From Macrostomum hystrix (Eukaryota; Animalia; Platyhelminthes): a stretch of 64,000 nucleotides of DNA. The stretch is taken from the NCBI GenBank assembly GCA_950097015.1, contig CATNEN010000034.1, forward strand, positions 7,502,001 to 7,566,000, read 5' to 3'. Each line of letters starts with the position of its first letter. The stretch's first letter is position 1. A program made the translations under genes and the position numbers. Below, piece by piece: positions 1 through 11,930 of the stretch. Below the pieces are notes generated by a model that saw only the letters and a list, made by a program, of their open reading frames with translations, searched no databases and was not told where the DNA came from.

Positions 1-1938
1 GGTTTTCTGTTTCTGAACTTAGTTGCGCAAATGCCACAGCATTTATGATGCAGTTTAGAATATTCTACCACGCATAGCGTCTTATCTTACAAAACCATTT
101 AGTATGCAATCTTTAGAAGAGATGCATTTAGGCTCGTTCACTGTTTCGTCAAAGTCTAAATAGAGACTGACCCCACCCATCCCAGAAATTTGGCAGCATT
201 GTTGTGTATAGGACTTGCCAAAGAGAGGGCACGTGCTCGTGCTTTTATTGTTTTGCATCGAGATAGACGCTTTATATCGAGCGAACCATGTTCTATTCAA
301 CTCCAGCCTGGCGCAAAGGCTCACGGTCCGACAGTACAGACACTCGCAGCGTCTTGTCTATAATTTGTCTTTCCTAGAATAGAACGCACTGGAGCAGAAT
401 AAATTATTCCATTTAAATGCCGATATAACCCAGCATTGCCCGCTATTTTTCTTAACTCTATAAAAGACTGAACTTATTATAGCTTTTTACAGCTTTGGCA
501 CACCCAGCGAAGTGTTCTGAGTACTAAATAACTGCATCATTTTTACCTTGCGCTATTTGAAACCAAACCGTGAGCAATATTTATATGATTTTTTCACTCG
601 TTGCCATTTTTTTCTCGTTAAGTATTGTTATTTATCAATAATTTTAGACTTCGAGTTACTTCTATTCTTTAGTTCCTTGTGAATAAACTTGGTCTTGAGA
701 GCGTCTTGAGAACTTGGTCTATGTGACCTTGAACTAATTTTTTTTAGCTTTACAGAAACGCATTGAACGATAGTATGTTACTCAAGCATTAGAACAAGAC
801 CAAAATGTTGTTAGTTGTAATTATGACTTCAAATTTATTGTATATTTGTTTCTACGCTCGTATCTGCACTAAGACTAAATCTGTAGTGACAGAGCAGACC
901 ATTGATCTTATGTTCCCATGCAGAACAAGCATAGATTCTTATACTCGTATTCCTATTGAGTTCATTGATAGTGGCCTATCTAGGCAAGGCTGTTAGGGAA
1001 TTAGTTAGGCTGTCTTATTCTTTGTATTGCCTATACAACACTTGTGGTTTTTAAGAGAGTCACTTATAATTAGTTGCAATTGACTCTGAATTTCCATTAC
1101 AAATTTTTCACATTGCTTCCTGCAAAATATTTGCCTTGTGAATATTTTTTTGTTTACTATGCAGAAACGAGTTCAGCAGAAAACACGGGCATCGGTCTTT
1201 GGCCCCACGGGCACTGACCATCTCCAATTCTGCTGCCCCTCACTAAGTCGGCAATTTTCTGCCCGGCCAAGGAGAATGGCAATGTAAGTGAAAATAAACT
1301 TCACGTGATGAATATTTTGCAATTTTATTTCTTAACTATATAGGTCTTTGTGCAGTAGTGCATCATTTTTTTTTAAAAACAAGATGAGCTGAAAGTACGC
1401 TTGTACCAAACTTCGCCAGAAAGTGCTTTCTGTGAAGCAGATTTTGTTACAGGTTTACCAGGTCCATGCAATGGATTTTCAATTGTTATTTTCGTCGAGC
1501 AGGCTAGAGGAACCGACAGTAAGCAACTGCAGTCCAGGGCCTCTGTTCCTGTTGTTATTAAATTGTTAGTTTGTAGATTTTTCTCTACTTTTATTGGTTT
1601 GGAGGTAGTCCAATCGAGGTAAGCCAATATGCAACTGTATTGAGTCTCTATTCCTTGTACCTGCGCTGTTGATACCCAGGAATAGGAAATTCTCCGAGGT
1701 ATTTACCAGCGTAGAAAATGGGTGGGGCTCTATTTAACTGTTTGCATATCCCGCGCAGAAAGTAGCAAAGTGGTTTAACAAAGCTTTTTTATGACGAAAA
1801 TGCGGTGATTTTTGCAAAAAGCTTCCTCTTTTGAGTTTATTGAAACATAGTTTTTGTGCTTTTTGGTCATTTACTCACTTTCTAGTGATGTTAAACGATA
1901 TTCAAGGAGTGGTCTGTGACCAAATGTTTGGTTTTACT

Positions 1939-2090
1939 CCCGATTCGCCGATTCCCGATTCGCCGATTCCCGATTCGCCGATTCCCGATTCGCCGATTCC
2001 CGATTCGCCGATTCCCGATTCGCCGATTCCCGATTCGCCGATTCCCGATTCGCCGATTCCCGATTCGCCGATTCCCGATTCGCCGAATTC
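1939..2090 (+). repeat. 15-bp tandem repeat (CCCGATTCGCCGATT), ~10 copies
   Basis: Read directly; left arm of the foldback element. Confidence 0.95.
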
Positions 2091-2285
2091 CCGATTTGCC
2101 GAAAAATTACCAAACACGCACCTCCTGAGTTGAATAGGAATTGCTCTCGTAATGTACAAGCCAGTTATATTTTACAGAAAAGAACGCCAGTTCGACGGCA
2201 ATGCATTAATTAATTAACTTAAATACAATAGAAATAGAGTTCCAATATTTGACCAACATCCAAAGAGGGCAATGGTTATGTGGTT

Positions 2286-2444
2286 TCGGGAATTTCGGCG
2301 AATCGGGAATTTCGGCGAATCGGGAATTTCGGCGAATCGGGAATTTCGGCGAATCGGGAATTTCGGCGAATCGGGAATTTCGGCGAATCGGGAATTTCGG
2401 CGAATCGGGAATTTCGGCGAATCGGGAATTTCGGCGAATCGGGA
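2286..2444 (-). repeat. 17-bp tandem repeat (CGGGAATTTCGGCGAAT), ~9 copies
   Basis: Read directly. The reverse complement ATTCGCCGAAATTCCCG is the 15-mer unit plus 2 nt; right arm of the foldback element. Confidence 0.95.
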
Positions 2445-3058
2445 GTAAACCAAATTTTTGAGTTTGTTTCTTTTTCTTCCGCATCGAAATCGTTTTTAAA
2501 AAGTGATTTAACAGTAGAAAGGACACCGGGGGATTTAAAATGCCGCCATTTCTTCTTTTTTCTGTATATCCTAAAATATTGAACCAATCGTCATGATAAT
2601 CCAGAACAAGGATTAAAATTTTCCGTTCCATCCAATGAAACAAGTTCCAGAATTACAAAAAATCGGCATTGTCGAGATATTCAACGATTCGCGTCCGGGT
2701 GTCTGGTTGCAAAACTCAGAAATATTGGGATATTTTTTCTGCTCACAAAATTTCATCATCTTGTACTTATGTCGGCTATTTTTGTCGGCTTTGAAAATTT
2801 GTTCATCGTAGATGTTTTTTTCAAATGGTCGACTTTCACGAAAACCAGTCATTCGTTTTGGGAGCTACCGTAAAGTTGGCAGTGGTTATTTGAAATACAT
2901 CATTTATGCTCTTTTGACAGGGTGGAAAAATGGCGTGGTATTTCTGTTGTTAAAGAGCAGGAACATGGATCGCACACAGCCATTTATAGCTTAGAAATTA
3001 ACAACTTACTCCGTCAAATTTGCCGCATTTTAGGGCTCAAGGCAGCGAAGAATTCGCA

Positions 3059-6000
3059 ATGAAGGAGATCGAAGAGTTGCTGAAACAATTCAATTTTACA
3101 CGCATGCAGCAAAATCATCAAGAAGAGGTGCTGCAGCCAGTGGAAGAATGGTCTGATACTTTTGTCAAAAGATTGGGACTCAAAAGCGATCACGATATTT
3201 TTAGTGTCAGCAAAGAATCAGTATCCAGGATTTTCGAAAAAGAAAATCAGAGGACGAAATTGGCTATAGAAAGCTTTTTCGAATACGTAGCAGAAATGAA
3301 AATGCTCGGCTATATTCGTGAGGCTGAATCTCTTATGTCTCAATTTCATTGCTCCGAAAGTAATGAAGGCAGAAAGGAGAGTCTAAGCAGAATTCTTGTT
3401 CTTTTTAACGAAACAAAAAATCTAATCGGTGATCCAAAAAAGTTCGACAATATGACTACTGGACTCGAGGGCAATGAGACGTTTAGAGAAGTGATTCTGA
3501 AGAACTGCTTTTTAGACGATTCTGTCCTTGCCGAGCAACTGACACATCTATCAGCTGTATGTCCGACCTTACTGCCAGTGGCGAAGGAATTCATGCAGGT
3601 TTTGAAGGCAATCGGTCTTGAGGTGCACCTTGTTAGCAAAATTACAATCAGTCAACTCACCGAGATCACATCTTTACCACCAAGTGGCGCCTGGAAGCTG
3701 CTAAGGGGCCTCACAGATTGTAATTATAAATGCCAAAATGAAGGCGGAAATGCTGAGTCAAGGCGCAAGACAACTAGCGCGCCATTAAGCTTGCGAGCAC
3801 GAATGGAGCATCGGGAAGCGAATCAAGAGCACCCGATGGACGTTCTGTATGCCAGTTTCCTGTGCTGCGATGCGGTGGCAAAGCAGTTTCTCTGTCAGCG
3901 GCTATTCGCTTGCAAGCTGGCCTTGCCGTTTCTATACAAGAATGAGTTTGATCTTCTGGTACAGAGTGACTGGGCTTTCAGATATATCCGCATCGAGTTC
4001 AGCGATCGAAGCGGATTGGTTGAGACGAGCCTCGTTAGTGATGAAAAGAAATTGCCAATTGTGTCGTTCATGCGAATGGGCGACCTTCAGGTTTCCAAGT
4101 CAAAATTATTAAATCATTTCCTAAGCTCAAGGAGGCACGAGACCTTTTTCCACCGGGAACTTAAGAATGGCAGTCTCCAAAGAGCCTGCTCAAATGGACT
4201 GGTGGAGGCAGCCGTGCGACTGCCAACCAGAGACTCACCAAACCGAGAGCTGCTAGTACTGAATTTGAGAGGTGACGTGGACTGCCACCAACAGCAGTTT
4301 GATCAACTCATTCGAATGAGTCAGTGTTGCGTTCTGTTTGTCTGCGGAAAAGAGTTGCAGAATGAAAAGTGCATTCAGAAAATTAAGGTTATGAAAGAAA
4401 AAATTACAGGCTTAATTATTGTAGTGAGCAGCCATAATAACTGCAGCTTTCACGACGAAAAACTTTTGGAAGTTTGTGAGCGGGAATTTGAGCCTCTTGA
4501 TATTACGATTGTTATGTCCAACGAAAATGACGGTAAGACGACAAGATCTGAAGCAGACTATGTCGAAGAATTTAAATTGGCTTTGGAAACTAAAGTCCAA
4601 GGGATTCAATGTGATCAATTGACCAATAGTCGTCACAATTTGACCAAAGGTGCTTCGCTGGATGCTATGCAGAAGGCAGAAGAAGTTTACCGAAAGCTGC
4701 GCGAAAGCAAGACTGAAATATTTCGTGCCTTCCCATTGCAAGGAGAAGAATGGGAGAGAATTTGTCAACTTAAGAAAGCAATAGCTATACCGGATCACTC
4801 TCATTGGAGATTGGATCAAGACTTGCTTGAAATAGAACGATTGCAGCGCAAACAATTGGAACTCTATAATTCCCAATGTTGCCAGAAATTTTTTCTGGAG
4901 TACTTAAGACAAGCAAAATCGGGCTCAGAACGTCTCGTTTTCATTGAGAACCTTCAACTTTTGCTGAATTGTCACACACGGAGCCACACACAAGAGCTGA
5001 GAAAACAGTGCCTTGATATTAAACGCGAGTTTGAAGAGAAAGAGCGGCAAGCAATGAGAAAAAATGTAAACCAAGAAAGCAGAGTTACTCCAGCTTTAGA
5101 TCCCAATCTCAATATTGGGAATCTTCAAGCGATGTTGCTTGACGCGGACATCAAATACCAAAAGTCAATTGTGCACGCACATCATTTTTTTAGGGAGGCT
5201 GCTTTGCTATACGATGCCCACGCTCACGTGCAGGAAGGCGACATGCCCATGGAAATCAAAGAACTCCCGAGTCTCTTTGCCTCGCTGTTTCTGGCCGGAG
5301 TCCCTCTTGAACTGCTGGATGGAAATGGGGGGAACATTCCAATGAAATGGATTTCTGCCATGCTAGATCAGTGTAGAGAGCTGGTCGGCGACAAGAAATT
5401 GTTTGTCGTGTCAGTTCTCGGAGCTCAGAGCACAGGAAAATCAACTCTTCTTAACACCATGTTCGGTTTGCGACTACCAGTGAGTGCCGGTCGCTGCACT
5501 AGAGGAGTGTTTCTGCAGCTAGTGACTGTGGACAAGAACTCGAGTCTTCCTTTTGAGTACCTTGTAGTGATTGACACCGAGGGTCTGAGAGCCGTCGAAC
5601 GTGGTGTCAATAGCCTTCGCCATGACAACGAACTCGCCACTCTCGTAATTGGACTGGCAGACTTGACCCTTATCACGCTGAATGGTGAGGACTCACCTGA
5701 AATGCGGGATGTGCTGCAAATTGTAATTCATGCTTTTATCAGTATGAAAAGAGTGCAAAGCAAACTCAGCATAAAGAGAAAATGCTTGTTCGTTCATCAG
5801 AATGTGAGTGACACAGCCGCCATTGTAAGGCTAAAGACAGAGATTTTGAGGCGTCAATCTCAACTCGACGAGGTTACTCGAGCCGCAGCCGAAAAAGAAT
5901 CAGTCGATGGAGTGAGTCGTTTTTCTGACGTAATCTCATTCGAGCCTGATCGCGATACATTCCTCATGCCGGGTCTCTGGCACGGAGACCCACCGATGGC

Positions 6001-8536
6001 TCCAATGAATCCGGGATTCTCTATCGAAGTCCAGAAGCTGAAGCAGCACATCATTGCGATTCCTGGCGGGTCTGAGTTCTCATGCCTCAACTTCACTAAC
6101 TTTGCTTTGCGGATCGAGGATCTGTGGAAAGCTATTCTGACGCAGGATTTCGTTTTCAGCTTCAGAAACAGCATTGAGATGAAAGCGTATCGTCTCTTAG
6201 ATGAAGAATTCGCTCAAATCAAGGCAGAATTCTTCCGGCTCTTGAAGGAATACTTTCAATCGACCATTACGCCTGGCGTCAACAAAGCAGAAAGTAAACA
6301 ACAACTTCATGCTTCTCAGCAGAATTTGCAAAGAGAATTAAAAACCCATTCAGATAAGTTGTTGACGACTTCCATCTCTGAGTTGCAAAGGTATTTCTCT
6401 TGTTGTGAATACAAGGAGTACGCAGTTCAATGGCAACAAGGAAAAATCACTTCGTTGCATAATGAATGTAAAGAAATTATAGAAAATATGCAGGAGGGGC
6501 TTCGCAAATCAATCCAGATTCGTAAAAGAGTCCTTCTTCAGAATGAAGTAATAAAGATGATAAAGGACGAACTCAAATGTAGGGCATCCGAGCTCAACAA
6601 GCAGTCGGCATCCTCTGACGACGAAGTTCGCGAAGAGTTCGAACAATTTTTGAGAACCAGAGTTGATGACATTTATAAAAATGAGGTTGAGGAATCTCCG
6701 AACATTGAGGCAATGCTGAGAAGTGAGTTATTGAAACAATTCTCAACTGAGCAACACAGCATTGAAGCACAGCTGGCTAAAACACCAATAAGCTTTTTAC
6801 CTGCACATGATCCAGAGTCCATCAAACATTTTTCTGATCTGGGAAAACAAGCAGAGCAAAAGCCGGAAAAAGAACAGCGATTCTTAGTGGCAAAAGCCAA
6901 AAATTTTGGCTCAAATGTGCTGACAGTAGTAAAAGCTTATTGGCCAGCCAATGCGGTAAATGCACTCGAAACTAAATTTAGCCTTTTACGAGAAGAAGTT
7001 AAAAAAATCCTGATCGAAATAAAAAAAAACATAAAAGATGAGCAGAGGATGGTAAAATATACAGACATTCAGTTGCTGATCCAGAAAACTCACGAACATC
7101 TGGCCAAACTTTTCAATAGTCTCAATGTGTCCGATGGCCTAATAAATGACCTAAAGGCACAAATGGCCGTGTATGCGTGTCAATTGGCTTACAAAACCTT
7201 TAATGAAAGACAGGAAAAATACGCAAAAAAAGCGTATGAAAGTCTGAAAGCGGGGCTTGAAGAATCAAAGGAGCTACTGTTTAAAATATTTAAAAGTCAA
7301 AGTTCTTTAGAACTTGCTGTGATTGAGACGCAGGATGTGTTGCATAAAGCCTTAATGGAGAGGATAAAATCTGAATGCGAATGTAAGCTATCGCAAAAGT
7401 ACTTGCAGCAACTCAACTTTAAGAGCAAGCATATGCTAATCAAGTCGTTACTTCGTCATGGAATTGATGAGGACCCTAGTCTGCTCGAGGTTTATCTATC
7501 TCATCCAAAGGATGCGGCACTGAAGTTTCTAAAACTAAGAACTGTAAAAGCCCTTCTCCGTGACGCCAAATCAGTGCAGCAGTGCTCATATCGACTCACA
7601 ATCCAGAGAGATATCTTGGAGCCAGCCTTCCAGTCACTCAAAAATGCTGTTGAAAAAGCGAAGGAAAAGCGCTCCACTAACGAGTGGATTAAAGTCTTCT
7701 GTTTTGAATTGAGTCTTCAGCTGAACGAATCGAATCTGCGAAATATTTTTCCTGACGCTGAATTCGACTTCCAAGCCTTGTCTGAAAAGCTGATGTCGCG
7801 GCTTGAATTCGAGATTTGGAAAGAAATCGACGCAAAGATAGAGGATGAGAGCAAGTGGGATGACCTACCCGGATTCAAAGCCTTCTACAGCTGCATTCTG
7901 AATTGCCTCTGGGGCTGTGAGCATTGCTGTCCACTATGCAATGAGCCATGCATTAAGATGGACGCAGGACATGCGGAGAACGACAAGACGCCACATCAAT
8001 GCGTCATGCACAGACCAATGGGCTTGAAGGGATCTGAATTACTGGATGATCATGAATTAGCCACTTACACATGCAGCTACTTTGCTACTAAAGCCAGTAA
8101 GCTTTTTCAAGGCACAAAAAGTGTATTCCGCACCCACAAGAGATTCCGGTGCCTGCAGGACTGTCAAAAGCCTCACTCGGACTGCTCGACTGGGGAGCCT
8201 GCCTTTCACAGGTGCATCGACTACAAAGACTACTTCCCCGACTGGGACATTAAGCCAGTGTACTCAGCGCCAGTTTGCGACCTGTGGAAATGGATCGCCT
8301 CATCTATTAGAGACAGTCTGATACAAAAAAGTGCGCGCTACTCAAAAATCCCCGACGATTGGAGAAACATTACCAAGGAAAAGGCAAAGCTGAGCTTAGA
8401 CAAAGAGTTCGGCGACTCAGTGGACGACGCTGGCATCGAGGCTTCACACAAAATTTCAGAAGAAGCTGGAGTTTCCAGCTTGGGAAAGTCAGATTTTGAA
8501 ATGAGCGTCATCATTAAGAATGGCTCTGATTGTTAA
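3059..8536 (+). CDS. GVIN1: Very large inducible GTPase (VLIG/GVIN1-URGCP family), intronless, ~1825 aa from ATG 3059
   Basis: Uninterrupted 5.5-kb ORF. VLIG-type G domain: VSVLGAQSTGKSTLLNTMFG (G1), AGRCTRG, VIDTEGL (G3), HDNELATLVIGLAD. The upstream IVSFMRMG...SKSKLLN and LNLRGD blocks and the C-terminal WGCEHCCPLCNEPC...H...HRPMG motif are typical of GVIN1-like proteins. A possible splice acceptor TTTTAG at 3027-3032 means upstream exons cannot be excluded. Confidence 0.92.
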   Translation: MKEIEELLKQFNFTRMQQNHQEEVLQPVEEWSDTFVKRLGLKSDHDIFSVSKESVSRIFEKENQRTKLAIESFFEYVAEMKMLGYIREAESLMSQFHCSESNEGRKESLSRILVLFNETKNLIGDPKKFDNMTTGLEGNETFREVILKNCFLDDSVLAEQLTHLSAVCPTLLPVAKEFMQVLKAIGLEVHLVSKITISQLTEITSLPPSGAWKLLRGLTDCNYKCQNEGGNAESRRKTTSAPLSLRARMEHREANQEHPMDVLYASFLCCDAVAKQFLCQRLFACKLALPFLYKNEFDLLVQSDWAFRYIRIEFSDRSGLVETSLVSDEKKLPIVSFMRMGDLQVSKSKLLNHFLSSRRHETFFHRELKNGSLQRACSNGLVEAAVRLPTRDSPNRELLVLNLRGDVDCHQQQFDQLIRMSQCCVLFVCGKELQNEKCIQKIKVMKEKITGLIIVVSSHNNCSFHDEKLLEVCEREFEPLDITIVMSNENDGKTTRSEADYVEEFKLALETKVQGIQCDQLTNSRHNLTKGASLDAMQKAEEVYRKLRESKTEIFRAFPLQGEEWERICQLKKAIAIPDHSHWRLDQDLLEIERLQRKQLELYNSQCCQKFFLEYLRQAKSGSERLVFIENLQLLLNCHTRSHTQELRKQCLDIKREFEEKERQAMRKNVNQESRVTPALDPNLNIGNLQAMLLDADIKYQKSIVHAHHFFREAALLYDAHAHVQEGDMPMEIKELPSLFASLFLAGVPLELLDGNGGNIPMKWISAMLDQCRELVGDKKLFVVSVLGAQSTGKSTLLNTMFGLRLPVSAGRCTRGVFLQLVTVDKNSSLPFEYLVVIDTEGLRAVERGVNSLRHDNELATLVIGLADLTLITLNGEDSPEMRDVLQIVIHAFISMKRVQSKLSIKRKCLFVHQNVSDTAAIVRLKTEILRRQSQLDEVTRAAAEKESVDGVSRFSDVISFEPDRDTFLMPGLWHGDPPMAPMNPGFSIEVQKLKQHIIAIPGGSEFSCLNFTNFALRIEDLWKAILTQDFVFSFRNSIEMKAYRLLDEEFAQIKAEFFRLLKEYFQSTITPGVNKAESKQQLHASQQNLQRELKTHSDKLLTTSISELQRYFSCCEYKEYAVQWQQGKITSLHNECKEIIENMQEGLRKSIQIRKRVLLQNEVIKMIKDELKCRASELNKQSASSDDEVREEFEQFLRTRVDDIYKNEVEESPNIEAMLRSELLKQFSTEQHSIEAQLAKTPISFLPAHDPESIKHFSDLGKQAEQKPEKEQRFLVAKAKNFGSNVLTVVKAYWPANAVNALETKFSLLREEVKKILIEIKKNIKDEQRMVKYTDIQLLIQKTHEHLAKLFNSLNVSDGLINDLKAQMAVYACQLAYKTFNERQEKYAKKAYESLKAGLEESKELLFKIFKSQSSLELAVIETQDVLHKALMERIKSECECKLSQKYLQQLNFKSKHMLIKSLLRHGIDEDPSLLEVYLSHPKDAALKFLKLRTVKALLRDAKSVQQCSYRLTIQRDILEPAFQSLKNAVEKAKEKRSTNEWIKVFCFELSLQLNESNLRNIFPDAEFDFQALSEKLMSRLEFEIWKEIDAKIEDESKWDDLPGFKAFYSCILNCLWGCEHCCPLCNEPCIKMDAGHAENDKTPHQCVMHRPMGLKGSELLDDHELATYTCSYFATKASKLFQGTKSVFRTHKRFRCLQDCQKPHSDCSTGEPAFHRCIDYKDYFPDWDIKPVYSAPVCDLWKWIASSIRDSLIQKSARYSKIPDDWRNITKEKAKLSLDKEFGDSVDDAGIEASHKISEEAGVSSLGKSDFEMSVIIKNGSDC

Positions 8537-9074
8537 GTTGACTTGGCAGACGTGTTTTGGCCGGGGAGGGTTGGTCGTTGTCAATTTAACGACATTTAAG
8601 AGTGACACTGTGTATTTTAATGTCACGCACTTGCATTGTTAAATTTCCGATTGAAAGGTACATTAGCATCCTTTTTACAATCTTTTCTACGCCATTTTCA
8701 GTTTAGAGTTTGAGTTATTCTTAGCTCGTATTAGCAGTACAAGTACAAGTAGAATTAGAATTTTCTGCGTCGGTAATTTCCTAACACTTAGTTTCTGCTA
8801 CCGTTACTAACCGCATTAAATATATAAATGCGTTGCTATTGCACTCTGACTCAAAGTATAATACATATGCCAGTTTCCCTCAGAAGTCCTTAGCCTGAAC
8901 TAGAACTAGAACAGCAACCAACGTATCAACTGAAAGGCCGTTTAAACTGCTGAAAACAATATCCTCCAGCATTTATCACACACTTGCATCCTGTACGAAC
9001 CAGATGGCGAAGCACTTCCGCCAATCGTCATCCCGAATCTCTCGATGACGTCTTTGAAGTTATTCCAATTTTTT

Positions 9075-10465
9075 CTGTAAATATAAGACCTGGCCCTCCT
9101 CGTCTCCTCGTCTCCAAAGGTTCACATGGTCGACTGGCGCTTTGCTTCCGGGTCGCATTGATAAATCCCGTCTCATCTCTGAAGGATGAGTAAGGATGAG
9201 CCATAAGGTCCCAGACTCGAATTTCTGCAGTACGAATCGGCCTTAAGCCACTCGGTAGTCCTGCTGGTCAGACAGGTGATAGGCATCCACCAGGAGGCCA
9301 GGTTCCGCACTCCCAGATCCTAAGTCGAAGTCCTGCTGGATCTGCTGGTAGGTCTCTCGACGGTCAGCGACGCTCATGCTAAGACGCAGCGCAGATAGTT
9401 TCTGGGTCATTGTGTCGCAGGGTCTCCGGATAAATACTCATTTTCGAGGCTCTCTCGGCCTATTGGCAAAACTCAGCGTCAACCGTATTGGACGTTCGAG
9501 GATGAAGGGCGCAGATGCATTAACGCTCGTAAAGTTTGGATAGAATCGGCTCGCGACTTGTCTTGCTTGAAATGCTCCGAAGTTGCAACTTTTATGCTTC
9601 ATCGAGCAATTGAACGCTACAAGGGCTTAATTGGCTTTTGATCTCTGTAGTGCACTCTTAGTTGCTAGGCTAAAGGCTTTCTGAGCGACACTTGTATCAT
9701 GGATTCAGTTATGCTCTCGTATTATGCTGAAACTCAGCACATTGTTCAAAAAACCCTTGTTCACTCTGTACGCTTTTCGTCTCTTGGCGCAGTTTTGTGA
9801 CCCGTTTTTTAGTTTTTTTTGAGATGGCGGTGAAATCTGTAGGACTCGTTAACTTTTAGAGCTTGTTGTGTTGTTCTGTTTTAACCTTTACAATAACATC
9901 TTGTATCCTATTTACGTTTTAAACTCAACTGTCTGTTACTAATGTGAAATTTAGTTTTCATTTATGTGAAAAAAAAGCATCTGCAAAAACCGTACTTACC
10001 CAATATGGAACCCAATAAATATTTGAACAATTTTCAGCACTAGTAGCACAATTCGTACTTGTATAAGTGTAGCAAATATTTTAGGTAAATATTTCATGCT
10101 ATATTCTTAACCACTGCAAATATAGTACATTTTCTAAGCACTTAACTATAAAGCACTACTTCTTAAGCTTAAGATTTCGGGCTTCGGAAATGTTTTTGCA
10201 ACGAATATCTAATAGAAGGTCAGTGGGTTTAACGACAAAATCAGCATGATCTGCACTAGCTCCCTGTGAGAATCTCATGAGAATCTGCACTAGCTCCCTG
10301 TGAGAATCTCATGAGAATCTGCACTAGCTGCCTGTGAGAATCTCATGAGAATCTACATTAGCTCACATGAGAGAATCTACATTAGCAAAGGCGCACAATG
10401 TCACGATTTCGTCTAGGAAACCACAAACTGGCCTGTGAGACACTGCGCACTGTAAGACCGAAAAT
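9075..10465 (+). repeat. Unclassified dispersed repeat; inverted partial copies at 40166-40980 and 58715-59490
   Basis: 9075-9890 matches the reverse complement of 40166-40980. About 9690-10465 matches the reverse complement of 58715-59490. Confidence 0.8.
10249..10385 (+). repeat. 34-bp tandem repeat (ATCTGCACTAGCTCCCTGTGAGAATCTCATGAGA), ~4 copies
   Basis: Read directly; contains the palindrome TCTCATGAGA. Inverted counterpart at ~58790-58920. Confidence 0.85.
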
Positions 10466-11039
10466 CGCCTATGAACACAGAAATGTCCAAAATGTAAAGT
10501 CGAGGTAGAGAACGAAACTCATATTCTCTTTAGATGCGATTGGTCCGTTTATGTTGCAATTAGAAATAAATTCATAGAGAGGTACTGTTCGAAATTTCGA
10601 AAGCCTAACAGCTGATGACGAAATTGTGTATTTAATGACACAGGAAAGCACAGACTTAACAGAAAGTTTTGTGGACTTCATAGAAAGCATACTTAAAGCT
10701 AGATAAAAAGCCACTGCCCTGAGGCCCATAGTTAATAGAACTCTTGATTATAGTTTAACTTTTCTTTTTCTTATATTTGATAGTAACTTGCAAAAACACA
10801 ATAGCTATTCTCCTTTCGGGAGCGAATAGATTTCAGTAACAGTTTTAATTTTATCTTTAAATTTCAATATATTATTTTTTGTTATAATGGCCTTTGTTTA
10901 TTTCAAAAATTTGTGTTTTTTTTCATTCACCTAAAATTAATATTATGCATGCATGCTACTGTTTTTCCATCGCCTTCTTTTAAAAAAATCTAATTGTTCA
11001 GCCTCAAACATCAAATAAACAAAAAAGCAGCACCCAATA

Positions 11040-11930
11040 GGCGTGCGCACCTCAATAATGATTAATGATAAACAATTATACAAAGCTTTCCGCAGATGTA
11101 ACGGTGACTTGTAGATCCGAATTTGATATTATTATATTATCTAGCTTGGACATAATTATTGGAACCGGCTGAATGGCGGCCATCTTTTTCTGTAATTCCA
11201 TCATCATGCCGATGAATTGTTCAACACGCTGGTCACCTAAGAAATACTTTGAGCAAATATTAGAGTCTCTTCCAATAAAGAGATACGCAACAGAATTTGG
11301 GATATGCTTATTGGTTTCAGGGTTTATAGTGCATTCAAATTCGGCGTATACCATAAACGGGAGCTTAATACATGATGAGGCTTTGAGAGGGTCATATTTC
11401 ATGATCATTACAGTAGCTTTTTGAATGCCACTGACAACCCAACGTGATATCCTCTGGAAGTAAAGGCGTCAATCTTTTACTGATCTCTTGAAGAAATGGA
11501 TCCTGTGTGTCAGTGGGAGTAAAGGGTAGAGCTTTAGTAGTCATGTAGTATTCAAGACGCTCAGTGGGTTGTAAAATTCAATCTTGAATGATAACTGAAG
11601 TTTAATGGTCTTACGTGATTTCAGTGTGTGATCCATTACTGATTGGATTCTGTCTTTGAAGTCGTAAATGTCTGTAAGGGACACATAAGTGTATGTGGTG
11701 TTGTGGATTGTGTACTAAATATAATGCTCTGTGAATTTTCTCTGTGCAAATTTAAAGTTTTCAGTTTGTAGTTCTGACTCCACCTGGTGGATTGAACGTT
11801 CTAGATCATCTTGTTCCTGCTTGTTTTGTGGATATTTACAAGTCTGGCCTAATTGAGAGCCTCGTATTTATTGACCAAGGCTTGGCTCTTTCGTTGGTGC
11901 TCAGCTGCAGGGTTCTTCACTGGTGTGTAC
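11040..11930 (-). pseudogene. Polinton/Maverick (adintovirus) protein-primed DNA polymerase B, N-terminal fragment, frameshifted
   Basis: Across frames: KLQLSFKIEF, IDAFTSRG..WVVSGI..ATVMIMKYDPLKASSCIKLP, then PFMVYAEFEC...KHIPNSVAY...FLGDQRVEQF. These match the GSGW...KYxPLxGSSYIxLP and PFxxYADFE...HxP motifs of Polinton PolB N-termini. No polymerase core is present. Confidence 0.75.

Larger units (their letters stand above)
1930..2451. mobile_element. Non-autonomous foldback-type (FB/MULE-like) DNA element with modular inverted arms
   Basis: Ends GGTTTTACTCCCGATTCGCCGA (1930) and TCGGCGAATCGGGAGTAAACC (2451) are inverted repeats. Each continues inward as a tandem array of related units in opposite orientation. 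Flanks AAATGTTT (1922-1929) and AAATTTTT (2452-2459) form an 8-bp target duplication with one mismatch. No coding capacity. Confidence 0.7.

Noticed and set aside
82-1627. Short ORFs and possible exon-like segments (e.g. AG...GTAAG at 1163-1284 and 1343-1618)
   Set aside because: No recognisable protein motifs. They could be upstream exons of the GTPase but cannot be supported without transcripts.
1831-2643. PDSPI, RRFPI and GESGI repeat ORFs
   Set aside because: Translations of the foldback tandem arrays.
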